From Candidatus Marinacidobacterales bacterium (GTDB lineage Bacteria > Acidobacteriota > Vicinamibacteria > Marinacidobacterales > DATDRI01): DNA of 64,000 nucleotides. Of this stretch, positions 19,332-29,525 are shown piece after piece; position 1 is the stretch's first letter, and each line of letters opens with the position of its first letter. Location of the stretch: the NCBI GenBank assembly GCA_965226495.1, contig OZ245365.1:4224001-4288000 (forward strand), in the 5' to 3' direction. The position numbers were made by a program, and so were the translations under genes. The notes beneath the pieces are model-generated. The model did no database searches, was not told the origin of the DNA, and saw only the letters and a list, made by a program, of their open reading frames with translations.

Positions 19332-20669
19332 CTACAAAATCTTCTCATCCCAGGTCTCGAGCTTCTTCCTCAGTTCGGCCATGAACTGATCCCCAACCGC
19401 GCCGTCGATGACGCGATGATCAAAAGTCAACGACAAGTAGATCATTGAACGGACTGCTATGGCGTCGTTCACAACGACGGGGCGCTTGTGAATCCCTCCT
19501 AGGCCCAGAATCGCAACCTCGGGCTGATTAATGATGGGCGTGCCGTAAAGGGCTCCGAAGGGGCCGGGATTCGTGACCGTGAAGGTCCCACCCTGAACCT
19601 CTTCCGGCTGGAGCTTCTTTTCCCGCGCCCGCGTCGCCAGATCGTTGACCGTTCGCTGCAAACCGAGGAAGCTCTTCTCGTCGGCGCGATGAAGTACGGG
19701 CACGATGAGTCCCCAATCGAGAGCGACGGCGATCCCGATATTGAGATCCTTCTTATAAATAATGTTGCTTCCATCCAAGGAAGAGTTCACGATCGGAAAC
19801 GCCTTCAGCCCGTGGAGCACGGCCCGGATGAAAAAAGGCATGTAGGTGAGCTTGACGCCTTCCTCCCGCTCGAAGCGTCCTCTGCTCTCCTGGCGCAGTT
19901 TCACGACCCTAGTCATGTCTGCTTCCCAGACGGTTGAGACATGCGCCGACGTCCGCCGCGACATGACCATGTGCTCGGCAATGGACTTGCGCATCACGCT
20001 CATCGGCTCCGAACGCACCCGACCTGTATAACCGGCGGTGGGAGAAGGTACAGGCGCAGCTGCCAAAGGCACGGCTCGGGTGGGCTCGGGGGGCGGTGGC
20101 GCGATCGCTTCGGCGGGAGCGGGAGCAGCAGCAGCAGGGGGCGCGCCTTGCTCCAAGAAACTCGAAATATCCTGCTTGGTGATTCGTCCTCCGGCACCGG
20201 TGCCTTGAATCTGCGACAGATCGGTGTTGTGCTCCCGCGCCATCCGTCGAACTAGAGGGGACGAGCGTTGGCGATCACCGACGGCGGCTTCGGCAGACGT
20301 TGGTTCCGGAGCCCCCTCCTTAGGTGGAGCCGCCACTTCAGGTGGAGCCGCCACTTCGCTCGGGACCTCGACCGTTGGCTGCGTGGTAGCCAAGGAGGGC
20401 TCGGCGGCCACGGACTCTACGGCCTCCCCCGCCTCACCACCGATGACACCCACCACCGTATTGATGGGCACCGTCTCGCCTTCTCCGACCTTTATCTCGG
20501 TGAGCACTCCGGCCGTCGGCGAAGGGATCTCGGTATCGACTTTGTCGGTCGAGATCTCGAAGAGCGGCTCGTCCCGCTCGACGTGATCGCCGGCCTTCTT
20601 GTACCATTTGGTGATCGTTCCCTCGGCGATGCTTTCGCCCATTTGGGGCATGATGATCGGTGTCGCCAT
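19332..20669 (-). CDS. 2-oxoacid dehydrogenase E2 (dihydrolipoamide acyltransferase)
   Basis: Lipoyl motif STDKV, E3-binding domain, DHRVIDG. Confidence 0.95.
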   Translation of the reverse strand: MATPIIMPQMGESIAEGTITKWYKKAGDHVERDEPLFEISTDKVDTEIPSPTAGVLTEIKVGEGETVPINTVVGVIGGEAGEAVESVAAEPSLATTQPTVEVPSEVAAPPEVAAPPKEGAPEPTSAEAAVGDRQRSSPLVRRMAREHNTDLSQIQGTGAGGRITKQDISSFLEQGAPPAAAAPAPAEAIAPPPPEPTRAVPLAAAPVPSPTAGYTGRVRSEPMSVMRKSIAEHMVMSRRTSAHVSTVWEADMTRVVKLRQESRGRFEREEGVKLTYMPFFIRAVLHGLKAFPIVNSSLDGSNIIYKKDLNIGIAVALDWGLIVPVLHRADEKSFLGLQRTVNDLATRAREKKLQPEEVQGGTFTVTNPGPFGALYGTPIINQPEVAILGLGGIHKRPVVVNDAIAVRSMIYLSLTFDHRVIDGAVGDQFMAELRKKLETWDEKIL

Positions 20670-20762
20670 CGGTCCTTTTCCTCCAATGCATCAGTGCGCG
20701 CTTCGTTCGCGCGCCTGGCGCCTCGCTCCTCGCTCGGTGGTTCGTCGGCCCACTCGGCCCGG

Positions 20763-20805
20763 GCTCGCTCCTTCATCAATGCGGCGGGGCCCCACCCCCA
20801 CCGCC
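20763..20805. repeat. REP-like intergenic repeat, copy 1
   Basis: gctcgctccttcatcaatgcggcggggccccacccccaccgcc; similar to 24981-25022. Confidence 0.75.
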
Positions 20806-20862
20806 GTCCAGCTGATAGCTCCTCGCGCAGGGTGCCGTGAATTCCTTAGCACCCTGCTAGGT

Positions 20863-21837
20863 TTAGTAGGCCGCTAGTTTGCGGGCCGCCTCGACCACGT
20901 CGGTCACTTGCGGTATAAACGCATCCTCGAGCTCGGCGCTATAGGGTACCGGCGTATCCGGCGCCGTGATCCTGAGGATCGGGCCATCCAAGTCCTCGAA
21001 CGCTTCCTCGGAAATGACTGCGGAGATCTCGCCCGCCATCCCGCCGGTGCGGGTGTCTTCATGGAGGATCATGACTTTGTTGACCCGCCGCACGGATTCC
21101 AGGATCGTCTCCCGATCGAGGGGTACTAGGCTCCTCAAGTCGATCACCTCGAGCTCGACCCCCTCCTTTTCTAGTACCTCCGCTGCCTCGAGAGCGACGT
21201 GCACCATCGCTCCGTAGGTGATCAGGACGATGTCCCTACCGGTCCGTCGCACCGCAGCCTGTCCGATGGGTACGGTGAAATCTTCACTGGGCAGCTCTTC
21301 CTTTATCCTCCGATAAAGATACTTATGCTCCAGGTACAGTACCGGATCTTCGTCCCGCACGGCAGCCTTCATCAACCCCTTTGCGTCGTGCACCGTGGCT
21401 GGCGCCACTACCTTCAGCCCCGGCGTGTGAACGAAATGCATCTCTGGATTCTGAGAGTGAAACGGTCCGGCGCGCACCCCGCCACCCGCCGGGCCACGTA
21501 GCACGATGGGTACACCTGCTCCCCAACGGTATCGACTCTTGGCGGCGAAATTAGTGATCATGTTGAAGGCATTGGCGATGAAGTCGATGAACTGAAACTC
21601 CACGATCGGCCGCAAGCCCATATAGGCGGCGCCAATCGCGACGCCGGTGTAGCCTTCTTCACTAATCGGCGTGTCGATCACCCGGTCTCCGCCGAACTTC
21701 TCGAGAAAACCCTTTGTTACCTTGAAGGCACCACCGTAGACCCCGATGTCTTCACCTAGTATGAGAACACGCTCGTCGCGCTCCATCTCCTCCCACATGG
21801 CTTGACGGATCGCCTCGAGGTAAGTGATTTCGGCCAT
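20863..21837 (-). CDS. 2-oxoacid dehydrogenase E1 beta subunit
   Basis: GEDIGVYGG, DTPISE, GPFHSQ. Confidence 0.95.
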   Translation of the reverse strand: MAEITYLEAIRQAMWEEMERDERVLILGEDIGVYGGAFKVTKGFLEKFGGDRVIDTPISEEGYTGVAIGAAYMGLRPIVEFQFIDFIANAFNMITNFAAKSRYRWGAGVPIVLRGPAGGGVRAGPFHSQNPEMHFVHTPGLKVVAPATVHDAKGLMKAAVRDEDPVLYLEHKYLYRRIKEELPSEDFTVPIGQAAVRRTGRDIVLITYGAMVHVALEAAEVLEKEGVELEVIDLRSLVPLDRETILESVRRVNKVMILHEDTRTGGMAGEISAVISEEAFEDLDGPILRITAPDTPVPYSAELEDAFIPQVTDVVEAARKLAAY

Positions 21838-21840
21838 GAT

Positions 21841-22884
21841 CTAACTGGAACCGCTTTCTACCGGAGCCGACGTTTGATGAAAGACCCCATCGCCCACCGG
21901 CGTAGCCTCCGTAACCATTGGCGCGGGCTCTTGCTCGGCCCGAGCAACGTCCTCGCCAATGACGCTCGCGACGCGAGCGAGAATGACCTCTTGCTCTCCG
22001 CGTTGGATCTGGGCGTGCTCGACGAGAAAGGCTTCGAACTGCTCCACCGGATCGGTCAACGCGTCGTCTCCCAGTGCTAGTTTCTGCTGGCCGTCGTCCT
22101 CGTTAGCAGCGCCAACTTCCCTCTGCAGGGGAAAGACATCCTCGCGCATGCTGAATCGAGACCGACCCGCTGCGCTTGCTTCGATCAGAGACGGTCCTTT
22201 TCCGGATCGCGCGCGATCGACGGCTGCGTCTACGACCTGTAACACTTGCAGCACATCGTTTCCATCTACCATAACCGTGGGTAGACCGTACGCCTTTAGC
22301 CGCTCGTAGTGACGCTGACCGGCGGGTGCATGAGTTGCGGGCGCACGCGAACCGACGGGCGTTTTCTCGACCACCACCACCAGCGGAACATCGTGCACCA
22401 CGGCGAAGTTGACACCCTCGTGAAAATCACCGGTGGCCACGGCCCGGTCACTCACCATCGCTAACGCTACCGAATCCTTCTTCTGCACCTTTGCGGCGTA
22501 GCCTACACCGGCCATAACCCCCAAGTGTGTGGCCAGGTGTCCGCTAGGCCCCACCAGTCCGCGACCCACGTCCCCGAACTGTATCGAGCCATCGCGACCA
22601 TGTGTCGGACTCGCCTGTTTCCCCATGAAGTGCGAGAGGACCTCGTAGGGACGGACTCCACGCGCGAGCAAAGCGCCGTTACAGGGAATCGCGGAGGAGA
22701 AAAAATCACAAGTCTCCAAAGGGTAGGCGGCTCCTAAACTGAGCGCCTCCTGTCCGGTGCTAATGGGAAGCGCCCCCACTAGTTTCCCGGCGCGGAAGAG
22801 TCGAACCAGCTCTTCCTCGAGGCTGCGATTGAGCTTCAGATAATAGTAAAGCTCATGAAGTTGTTGCTTGCCAAACCTCGACAT
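21841..22884 (-). CDS. E1 alpha-like subunit with degenerate ThDP motif
   Basis: GQEA, GDFHEGVNFA, VDGNDV and operon position; GDG..NN replaced by SDR..KT. Confidence 0.85.
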   Translation of the reverse strand: MSRFGKQQLHELYYYLKLNRSLEEELVRLFRAGKLVGALPISTGQEALSLGAAYPLETCDFFSSAIPCNGALLARGVRPYEVLSHFMGKQASPTHGRDGSIQFGDVGRGLVGPSGHLATHLGVMAGVGYAAKVQKKDSVALAMVSDRAVATGDFHEGVNFAVVHDVPLVVVVEKTPVGSRAPATHAPAGQRHYERLKAYGLPTVMVDGNDVLQVLQVVDAAVDRARSGKGPSLIEASAAGRSRFSMREDVFPLQREVGAANEDDGQQKLALGDDALTDPVEQFEAFLVEHAQIQRGEQEVILARVASVIGEDVARAEQEPAPMVTEATPVGDGVFHQTSAPVESGSS

Positions 22885-23563
22885 GAGATTCCTGGAGAAA
22901 GTTCTCGAACGTGCCGGCGAGCATCACTCTGTCGAAGACCCGCCCGAACTCGGAGCACAGTGCATCGGCCACTCCACTGGCTGGCACCGCACCGCCCAAC
23001 ACACTTTGCATCGAAGCAACTTCGCGGCCGACGATACCACACGGGACTATGCGTTTGAAGTAGCTGAGGTCGGTGGTAACGTTGAGAGCGAAACCATGGG
23101 ATGTCACCCATCGCGAGACACGCACCCCGATGGCGGCGAGCTTTCCCTGCTGATGCCAAACACCGGTGAGACCCTCTTGACGCCGGCCCTCGATCCCGAA
23201 CCGGGCGACGGTGCGGATGAGCACTTCCTCGAGACGCCTCAAATAAAGATGGACGTCTGGCTGGGACTCCTTGAGATCTAAGATCGGATAGCCCACGAGC
23301 TGACCATGACCGTGAAACGTGATATCGCCTCCCCGGTCGGTAAGAACGAAGGTAGCGCCCAGCCGTTCCAGCTCACGCTCGTCAGCGAGGAGGTGCTCTC
23401 TCTTTCCGGCCCGGCCTAAGGTGTACGTAGGCGGATGCTCGACGAGAAGAAGAACGTCTGGAATATCGCCAACCTGGCGGCGCTTTACCAGTTGACGCTG
23501 AAGCTCCCAGACCTCGTGATAACCGAGACGGCCTAGGTCAATCCGCCAGCAGATCTTAGGCAT
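22853..23563 (-). CDS. lipB: octanoyltransferase LipB
   Basis: EHPPTYTLG, RGGDITFH, SHGFALN, PCG. Confidence 0.95.
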   Translation of the reverse strand: MPKICWRIDLGRLGYHEVWELQRQLVKRRQVGDIPDVLLLVEHPPTYTLGRAGKREHLLADERELERLGATFVLTDRGGDITFHGHGQLVGYPILDLKESQPDVHLYLRRLEEVLIRTVARFGIEGRRQEGLTGVWHQQGKLAAIGVRVSRWVTSHGFALNVTTDLSYFKRIVPCGIVGREVASMQSVLGGAVPASGVADALCSEFGRVFDRVMLAGTFENFLQESHVEVWQATTS

Positions 23564-24959
23564 GAATCGGCAGGTCCTCCGCAGCGTGCGCCGCTTCCAT
23601 GACGGATTCCGAAAGCGTCGGGTGTGCGTGAACCGAACGCATCAGCGACTCAGCGGTGGCTTCGTGCTCGAGGGCCACCACCGCCTCCGCAATGAGGTCC
23701 GTGGCGTGTGGTCCAATGATGTGAACTCCGAGCAGCTCGTCGTACTTCGCTTCGCTGACGATCTTCACGAACCCTTCACGTTCTTCCAAGATGCTGGCCT
23801 TGCTATTGGCGGCGAAAGGAAATCGACCCACTTGGACGTCGTATCCCCTCTCTTTGGCGGTGGCTTCGGTGATCCCAACGCTTGCCACTTCCGGTGAACA
23901 GTAGGTAGCGCTCGGCATGTGCTCGTAATTCATCGGCCTTACCTCACGGCCGGCGATCTTCTCGACCGCAAGAATCCCTTCCGCCGAACCCACATGGGCC
24001 AGTTGTTGCGATGGAACGATGTCACCGATGGCGAACACGTTACTCGCAGACGTCTCCATGAAGCCGTTGACCGGAACAAAGCCCCTTTCCGTTTCGATAC
24101 CGATCCGCTCCAATCCGATCCCTTCGGTGCGCGGCTTCCGGCCGACGGCGACGAGAAGCTTCTCCACGGTGCGGACTCCCGTCTTCCCGTCAGGTGCGGT
24201 GAAGGTGATGGTCACCGCGTTTCCTTCGTTCTTGACGGATTCCACTCTTGTTCCGGTAAGCGTCTCGATGCCCCGCTTCTTGAATGACTTTGCCAACTCG
24301 TCGGAGATCTCCTCGTCCTCCAACGGCAAGATGCGCGGCAACATCTCGAGCAGCGTGACATCGGTGCCGAAGCTGGCGAACATCGATGCGAACTCGACCC
24401 CCACCGCCCCAGCGCCGATAACCGCGAGCGACTTCGGCTGTGCAGGTAACGACAAGATTTCATTATTGGTAAGAATGTTTTGGCCGTCGATCTCGATGCC
24501 CGGGAGACTCCGGGGCTCGGATCCGGTCGCAATAACAATGTTGCGTGCGTATACGGCCTGGACGCCGTCGTCTCCTTTGATCTCGACCTTGCCGGCGCCG
24601 GCGATGACGCCAAACCCCTTGACCGTCTCGACCTTGTTCTTTTTTAGGAGGAAACCGACTCCCCCAGAGAGCCTCTTGACGACCCTTTCTTTGCGTTTCT
24701 GGAGCGCCGCCCAATCGAGGCGGACATTCTCCACAACCACACCGAAATCACGTGCGTGCTTGAGCTGGTCCAGAAGGTCCGCGGTATGAAGGAGCGCCTT
24801 GGTAGGTATGCAGCCCACGTGGAGGCAGGTGCCTCCGAAGACACCGTCTTTCTCCACAACCATCGTTTTGAGCCCCAGCTGGCCGGCCCGAATCGCAGCC
24901 ACATAGCCACCAGGACCGCTTCCGATCACCACCACGTCAAATACGGTTTCTTGCGCCAT
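23556..24959 (-). CDS. lpdA: dihydrolipoyl dehydrogenase
   Basis: GSGPGG, GGTCLHVGCIPTK, HPTLSE. Confidence 0.97.
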   Translation of the reverse strand: MAQETVFDVVVIGSGPGGYVAAIRAGQLGLKTMVVEKDGVFGGTCLHVGCIPTKALLHTADLLDQLKHARDFGVVVENVRLDWAALQKRKERVVKRLSGGVGFLLKKNKVETVKGFGVIAGAGKVEIKGDDGVQAVYARNIVIATGSEPRSLPGIEIDGQNILTNNEILSLPAQPKSLAVIGAGAVGVEFASMFASFGTDVTLLEMLPRILPLEDEEISDELAKSFKKRGIETLTGTRVESVKNEGNAVTITFTAPDGKTGVRTVEKLLVAVGRKPRTEGIGLERIGIETERGFVPVNGFMETSASNVFAIGDIVPSQQLAHVGSAEGILAVEKIAGREVRPMNYEHMPSATYCSPEVASVGITEATAKERGYDVQVGRFPFAANSKASILEEREGFVKIVSEAKYDELLGVHIIGPHATDLIAEAVVALEHEATAESLMRSVHAHPTLSESVMEAAHAAEDLPIHA

Positions 24960-24980
24960 GCTACGCGTCCTTATCTTAGT

Positions 24981-25022
24981 GCTCGCTCTTCAATCAATGG
25001 CGCGGGGCCCCACCCCCACGCC
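24981..25022. repeat. REP-like intergenic repeat, copy 2
   Basis: gctcgctcttcaatcaatggcgcggggccccacccccacgcc. Confidence 0.75.
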
Positions 25023-25630
25023 TCATGCTCCGTGGCTCCGCGACTGAGCATGGGCTCAAGGCTGTGCTCGCCCGGGTCACGACCCTGACGCAATCGTCCG
25101 CATTCGGGCTGCTTCGAGGGAATCAGATGTCCGGGTATCACTTCGAAGCTACTCACCCCCGGGATAATTCCCTTGCCGTGCCATTTCGTCCGCAATTCCT
25201 CCCGGCCGGCGTCCCTCACGGGCTGCTGTGTCTCTCCTGCCCGCCTACGGTTCATTTCGTTTTTTATTCTTCTTAGAGTGGACTTTTTTTCACCCTGGAA
25301 CGCCCGGGACCCCGAGTCCCTCCAACGACTTGACAGGGCTGATCTTTTGGCGTCCGGCCGGCAGTTTACCCCCGGCCGACGGCTCCAGGCAATAGAAAAG
25401 GGCGGGCTCGCTCGGTAATCAAGAAATCCATTGCACCGGCCGGCCCCTGTGATAAACTACCACTTAGCCTGTCCGTGGCATCTACACCGTTTTGCTGGGC
25501 TTATACGCCTCACTCACTTCTAAGACCAGACTGGAGCCGGACAGGAATAGACCTCGAAGTGATACCAGCGCTTCCATCCTTCGAAGTTGCCCGAGAAACA
25601 GCGGTCGACGGACCCGAAATAAGTGAAATC

Positions 25631-27109
25631 ATGAGGACCTATAAGAACTTCGTTGGGGGTAAGTTTGTGCTCTCCGAGAGCACGAAAAAAATCCCCAATG
25701 AAAACCCTTCCGACACGACCGACGTGCTCGGAGAGGTGGTCCTCTCTACGCGTGAGGAGGGGCGTCGAGCCATCGAAGTGGCGGCCGAAGCCTATCCGGA
25801 ATGGCGGGCGACCTCGGCTCCGGTTCGCGGAAGGATGGTATCGCGTGCCGGCCAGATTCTCCGGGACGACAAAGACTCGATGGCCGAGCTCATTTGCCGA
25901 GAAGAAGGCAAGACGGTGGGGGAAGCGGGAGGAGAGATCCTGCGCTCCATCAACGTGCTGGAGTTCAATGGCAGTCAAGCCACCCGGATGAGCGGTGAGA
26001 CCATTCCCTCGGAGCTTCCGAACAATCTCGTTTACACCATGCGTCAGCCACTTGGGGTCGTGGGAACTATCACGCCCTGGAACTTCCCGTTAGCCATCCC
26101 GGCCTGGAAGATCGCCCCAGCCCTGGTGGCGGGCAACACCGTGGTCTTCAAACCCGCCAGTTTGACGGTCGCGACGGCGACGCGATTGGTGGAGATCTTC
26201 GCCGAGGCTGGAATCCCTCCCGGCGTTCTGAATATGGTCATCGGGTCAGGGAGCGAGGTCGGCGACGAAATCGTTGTGAACCCGGCCGTCCGCGCCGTGT
26301 CGTTCACGGGCTCGAATCCGGTGGGCGTGAAGCTTTATGAGCAAGGCAGCCGGCGCGGACTACGCGTCCAGTGCGAGATGGGCGGAAAGAACCCGATCGT
26401 CGTGCTCGAGGACGCTGACCTAGACCTAGCCGTTGCCTGCGCTGCCAGCGGGGCCTTTGGCTCCTCCGGCCAGCGCTGTACTGCTACGAGTCGCGCGGTG
26501 GTCGTCGAGGAGATTGCCGACGCCTTCGTCGAAAAGCTCGTGGAGACAACGAAATCCCTTCGTGTCGGCCGCGGCGACGATGCCACGACCGGCGTCGGAC
26601 CCTTGGTGGACAAGCATCAGTATGATTCCGTACTCGGCTACATCCGTATGGGGCGCGAAGAAGGCGCCGAGCTCGCATACGGCGGAGGCAAGGCCAGCGG
26701 ACCTGGCCTGGAGAACGGTTTCTTCGTCGAGCCCACCATCTTCGACAAGACGACCCCCAACATGAGGATCATCCAGGAAGAAATCTTCGGACCGGTGCTC
26801 TCTATTCAGCGAGTACGGAACTTCGATGAAGCCATTGAGGTGGCGAATTCGGTTCCCTTCGGTTTGGCGTCCGCGATCTTCACCAATGACACTTCAAAGA
26901 GTCTCCGTTTCGTGGACGCAATCGAAACGGGCATCACCCACGTCAATTCTTCCACCACGGGTGGCGAGGCCCAGGTACCGTTCGGCGGTATCAAGGCCAC
27001 TGGAATCGGCGATCGAGAGCAGGGTTCTACCACACTTGATTTCTACACCGAGGTCAAGGTGGTTTACGTTGACTATACCGGTACCAAGCGTACCGGCCAT
27101 TTGTATTGA
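25631..27109 (+). CDS. NAD(P)-dependent aldehyde dehydrogenase
   Basis: TPWNFP, FTGS, EMGGKNP, GQRCT, EEIFGP; likely ATG at 25631. Confidence 0.93.
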   Translation: MRTYKNFVGGKFVLSESTKKIPNENPSDTTDVLGEVVLSTREEGRRAIEVAAEAYPEWRATSAPVRGRMVSRAGQILRDDKDSMAELICREEGKTVGEAGGEILRSINVLEFNGSQATRMSGETIPSELPNNLVYTMRQPLGVVGTITPWNFPLAIPAWKIAPALVAGNTVVFKPASLTVATATRLVEIFAEAGIPPGVLNMVIGSGSEVGDEIVVNPAVRAVSFTGSNPVGVKLYEQGSRRGLRVQCEMGGKNPIVVLEDADLDLAVACAASGAFGSSGQRCTATSRAVVVEEIADAFVEKLVETTKSLRVGRGDDATTGVGPLVDKHQYDSVLGYIRMGREEGAELAYGGGKASGPGLENGFFVEPTIFDKTTPNMRIIQEEIFGPVLSIQRVRNFDEAIEVANSVPFGLASAIFTNDTSKSLRFVDAIETGITHVNSSTTGGEAQVPFGGIKATGIGDREQGSTTLDFYTEVKVVYVDYTGTKRTGHLY

Positions 27110-27116
27110 GGTTGGA

Positions 27117-27767
27117 TTGGGAAGCAGGCGAGAATTAAAGAAACCGAAACCGCGGATCGCGTCGAGTCGAACGGGATCTAAGTCGAAAACCAAGTCCGCG
27201 ACGGCCCTACGGCGAACCCGCACCAAGGTTGTACGCCCGAAGCATTTGAAGGCCGTCCAGGCGGTGAAGAGCGCGCCCAAGAGCGTACCGACTCCGCCCC
27301 CAAAGCTTGTGCCCGTCCCCTTCCCGGAGGGGTTTCGTCCCCAGAAGGCACCAGAGTCGAACGAGAGATCGGCCCATCTGGAGAAGCTCAAGCAGCTTTT
27401 CGAGGGCGCGCCTATCAGCCGTTCGCTGGGAATGACGCTCGGGTATTGCGAAAATGGCGTAGCCCGTGTCCGTTTGGGATTCCGCAAGGAGTTCGAAGAG
27501 GGCCACGGCGTCATACACGGTGGATTGATCGGTCTTCTGGCCGATACGGCCGGCAATTTCGCGGTCGGCTCGGTGTCCCCGGGCTCCACCGTCAAAACGG
27601 TCGAGTTCAAGATGAGCCTCCTGGCGGGGGTTCAGGGCGACCTCCTGGCCATCGGCGAAGTCGTCCGCAAGGGAAGAACGCTAGCAACTTGCCGGCTGGA
27701 AGTCGTGGAAGGAAACGATCGCGTCGTAGCGATCGGCTTGGCCACGTACGCACTCCAAGCGGTATAG
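27117..27767 (+). CDS. PaaI-family thioesterase with basic N-terminal extension
   Basis: HGG..DTA hotdog-fold motif; start uncertain (TTG 27117). Confidence 0.8.
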   Translation: MGSRRELKKPKPRIASSRTGSKSKTKSATALRRTRTKVVRPKHLKAVQAVKSAPKSVPTPPPKLVPVPFPEGFRPQKAPESNERSAHLEKLKQLFEGAPISRSLGMTLGYCENGVARVRLGFRKEFEEGHGVIHGGLIGLLADTAGNFAVGSVSPGSTVKTVEFKMSLLAGVQGDLLAIGEVVRKGRTLATCRLEVVEGNDRVVAIGLATYALQAV

Positions 27768-27807
27768 AAGCACCGACCCCAGCGGAGATTGGAACGCCCC
27801 TAGTGTC

Positions 27808-28599
27808 CTAGGGATGCTCCAGTGTACTCACGAAGTCCCACATCTCTTCGAACAGTGTTTCTTTGTGTTCCGTCAACCGGTGATCTCCATCGGCGATGAG
27901 TGTGAGCTTCGAGACCTCCACCTTCTGAGTGAAGTTCTTGGAAAGTCGGTAAGGGACCGTTTCGTCCTGAGTGCCGTGCAGGATGAGAGTCGGAGTCTTT
28001 AGCTTCCTCACCAACGTCGCAATGGGATAGCGCGCTTCGTCTTCGACGAATCCATAAGCCAAGTCGAACTCCGCGTACTCGGTAACCAAATGGGTCTTAC
28101 CCTCCTCACGCCACTTTTGTGCCTTGCCACGCCCGAGGGACAAGAGGAGTCGCCCGGCCATTTCGAAGGCGGGAGCCACCACCAGATTCGCGGCGATCTT
28201 CCCTGGGTTGAGCGCCGAGTACCAAAGCGCGGTGAGCCCGCCCATCGAGGACCCGACAAGGCACACTGAAGCGAATGGACCTTCTTGTCCAACGAAACGA
28301 AGTCCCCTCTCGACATCGTGCAAGTTCCGGCTCAAAGACAAGCCGAGGAGCTCGCCTTCCGAGTCGCCGTGTCCCGTGAGGTCCAGGCTGGCGAATGCCT
28401 CTCCTCGCCGCGCCACCTGACGGGCGAAATACAGGGCCTTCTCACCTCGTCGATGGGAGTTGAGGCCGTGGACGAAGAACCAGAGCCGAGAGGACTTGCT
28501 GACCGCGGGAACGAAATCAAAGGCGAGCTTCGCCTCATCGTCCCTCTCGGGTTCGACCCATCGCGGCGGGCTTTCTTTCATTACCGGTTCAACTTCCAC
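27808..28599 (-). CDS. alpha/beta hydrolase
   Basis: GSSMGG, HGTQD, GDH triad. Confidence 0.88.
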   Translation of the reverse strand: MEVEPVMKESPPRWVEPERDDEAKLAFDFVPAVSKSSRLWFFVHGLNSHRRGEKALYFARQVARRGEAFASLDLTGHGDSEGELLGLSLSRNLHDVERGLRFVGQEGPFASVCLVGSSMGGLTALWYSALNPGKIAANLVVAPAFEMAGRLLLSLGRGKAQKWREEGKTHLVTEYAEFDLAYGFVEDEARYPIATLVRKLKTPTLILHGTQDETVPYRLSKNFTQKVEVSKLTLIADGDHRLTEHKETLFEEMWDFVSTLEHP

Positions 28600-28962
28600 T
28601 TAGGCTCCTCTGGGCTCACGCGTTCGCAGTAGCTAGTGTATCTGTACTATGGATACGGCACCGGGCACACGGAAAAAGAACAGGATAACCCATTGTAACG
28701 TGCGCGCTTGGCGGCGGTCAACGATCCTCGACTCGACGTCGAAACTCTTGCCCACTCCTTGACGTTCGAGGCCGCTATGGGCTCGAGATTTACGAGGCGA
28801 CGGTCGCCGAAGCGCTGCAAGGAGCGCCGATTACTACGGCACCGTATCTCCTGAGCAAGTCGGGGAGTATCTCGAGAAGTTGGTGTCTTCGGGGCTGGTG
28901 GCGATGAACGGTGTGGGTACCGATTAGCGAGCGGCCAACGCCTATCGGATCGGCTTCGCAAG

Positions 28963-29487
28963 CTAAGGCTGAGGCGGAGCGGTGGGTGGTGCTTTATCTT
29001 TCCGGCGGCTCCACCATGCAATGATCCCCGGCAGGAGGACGAGGAGCAGGAGCCACCGGGAATGCTGCATTAAGGTCCTACCGAAGCGCACGGCGCTCAT
29101 TTTCACGTACTCCTGAGCTTCGGCGTCGTTGGCATGTTCGGCGATGGCGTAGCCCCCTAGCGCGTACTCTTTCGCGAAGGCCGCACCGCCCAGAGCGCAC
29201 TCCCAACCAATGGCCATACCACCCATGGCGAGGTAACCGAGCGCGAGCCCCCCGATGGCGTAGCCTCCTATCGAGACGCCCGCGAGCGAGATCAAACCGA
29301 GACCGAACCCACCCAGCGTGATCCCACCGAAGGCGACCCCCCCGACGGCGACGACACCGAAGGCGATGTCCCCGAAGGCGATCCAACCTCGCGCCACACC
29401 GCGCCGCACACGCCCGTCCACCATCTCTCCGGTACTCACATGGACAAGGGGCAGACCGAGGATCGAGGCACTCGAGCGGTATTGCAT
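28963..29487 (-). CDS. glycine-rich membrane protein
   Basis: LPLVHV..ARGWIAFGDIAFG followed by GG repeats and a C-terminal TM. Confidence 0.75.
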   Translation of the reverse strand: MQYRSSASILGLPLVHVSTGEMVDGRVRRGVARGWIAFGDIAFGVVAVGGVAFGGITLGGFGLGLISLAGVSIGGYAIGGLALGYLAMGGMAIGWECALGGAAFAKEYALGGYAIAEHANDAEAQEYVKMSAVRFGRTLMQHSRWLLLLVLLPGIIAWWSRRKDKAPPTAPPQP

Positions 29488-29525
29488 CGGTTCTTTTCTA
29501 CGCCTTCATATCATAGCGGTTGCTT

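Noticed and set aside
20322-20357. 18-bp tandem duplication
   Set aside because: Encodes EVAAPP twice in the flexible E2 linker; ordinary.
25023-25630. Long intergenic region as riboswitch, sRNA or small ORF
   Set aside because: No recognisable RNA family or convincing ORF; would need an Rfam scan.
28640-28930. Possible gene remnant
   Set aside because: Fragments look protein-like, but no family was recognisable.
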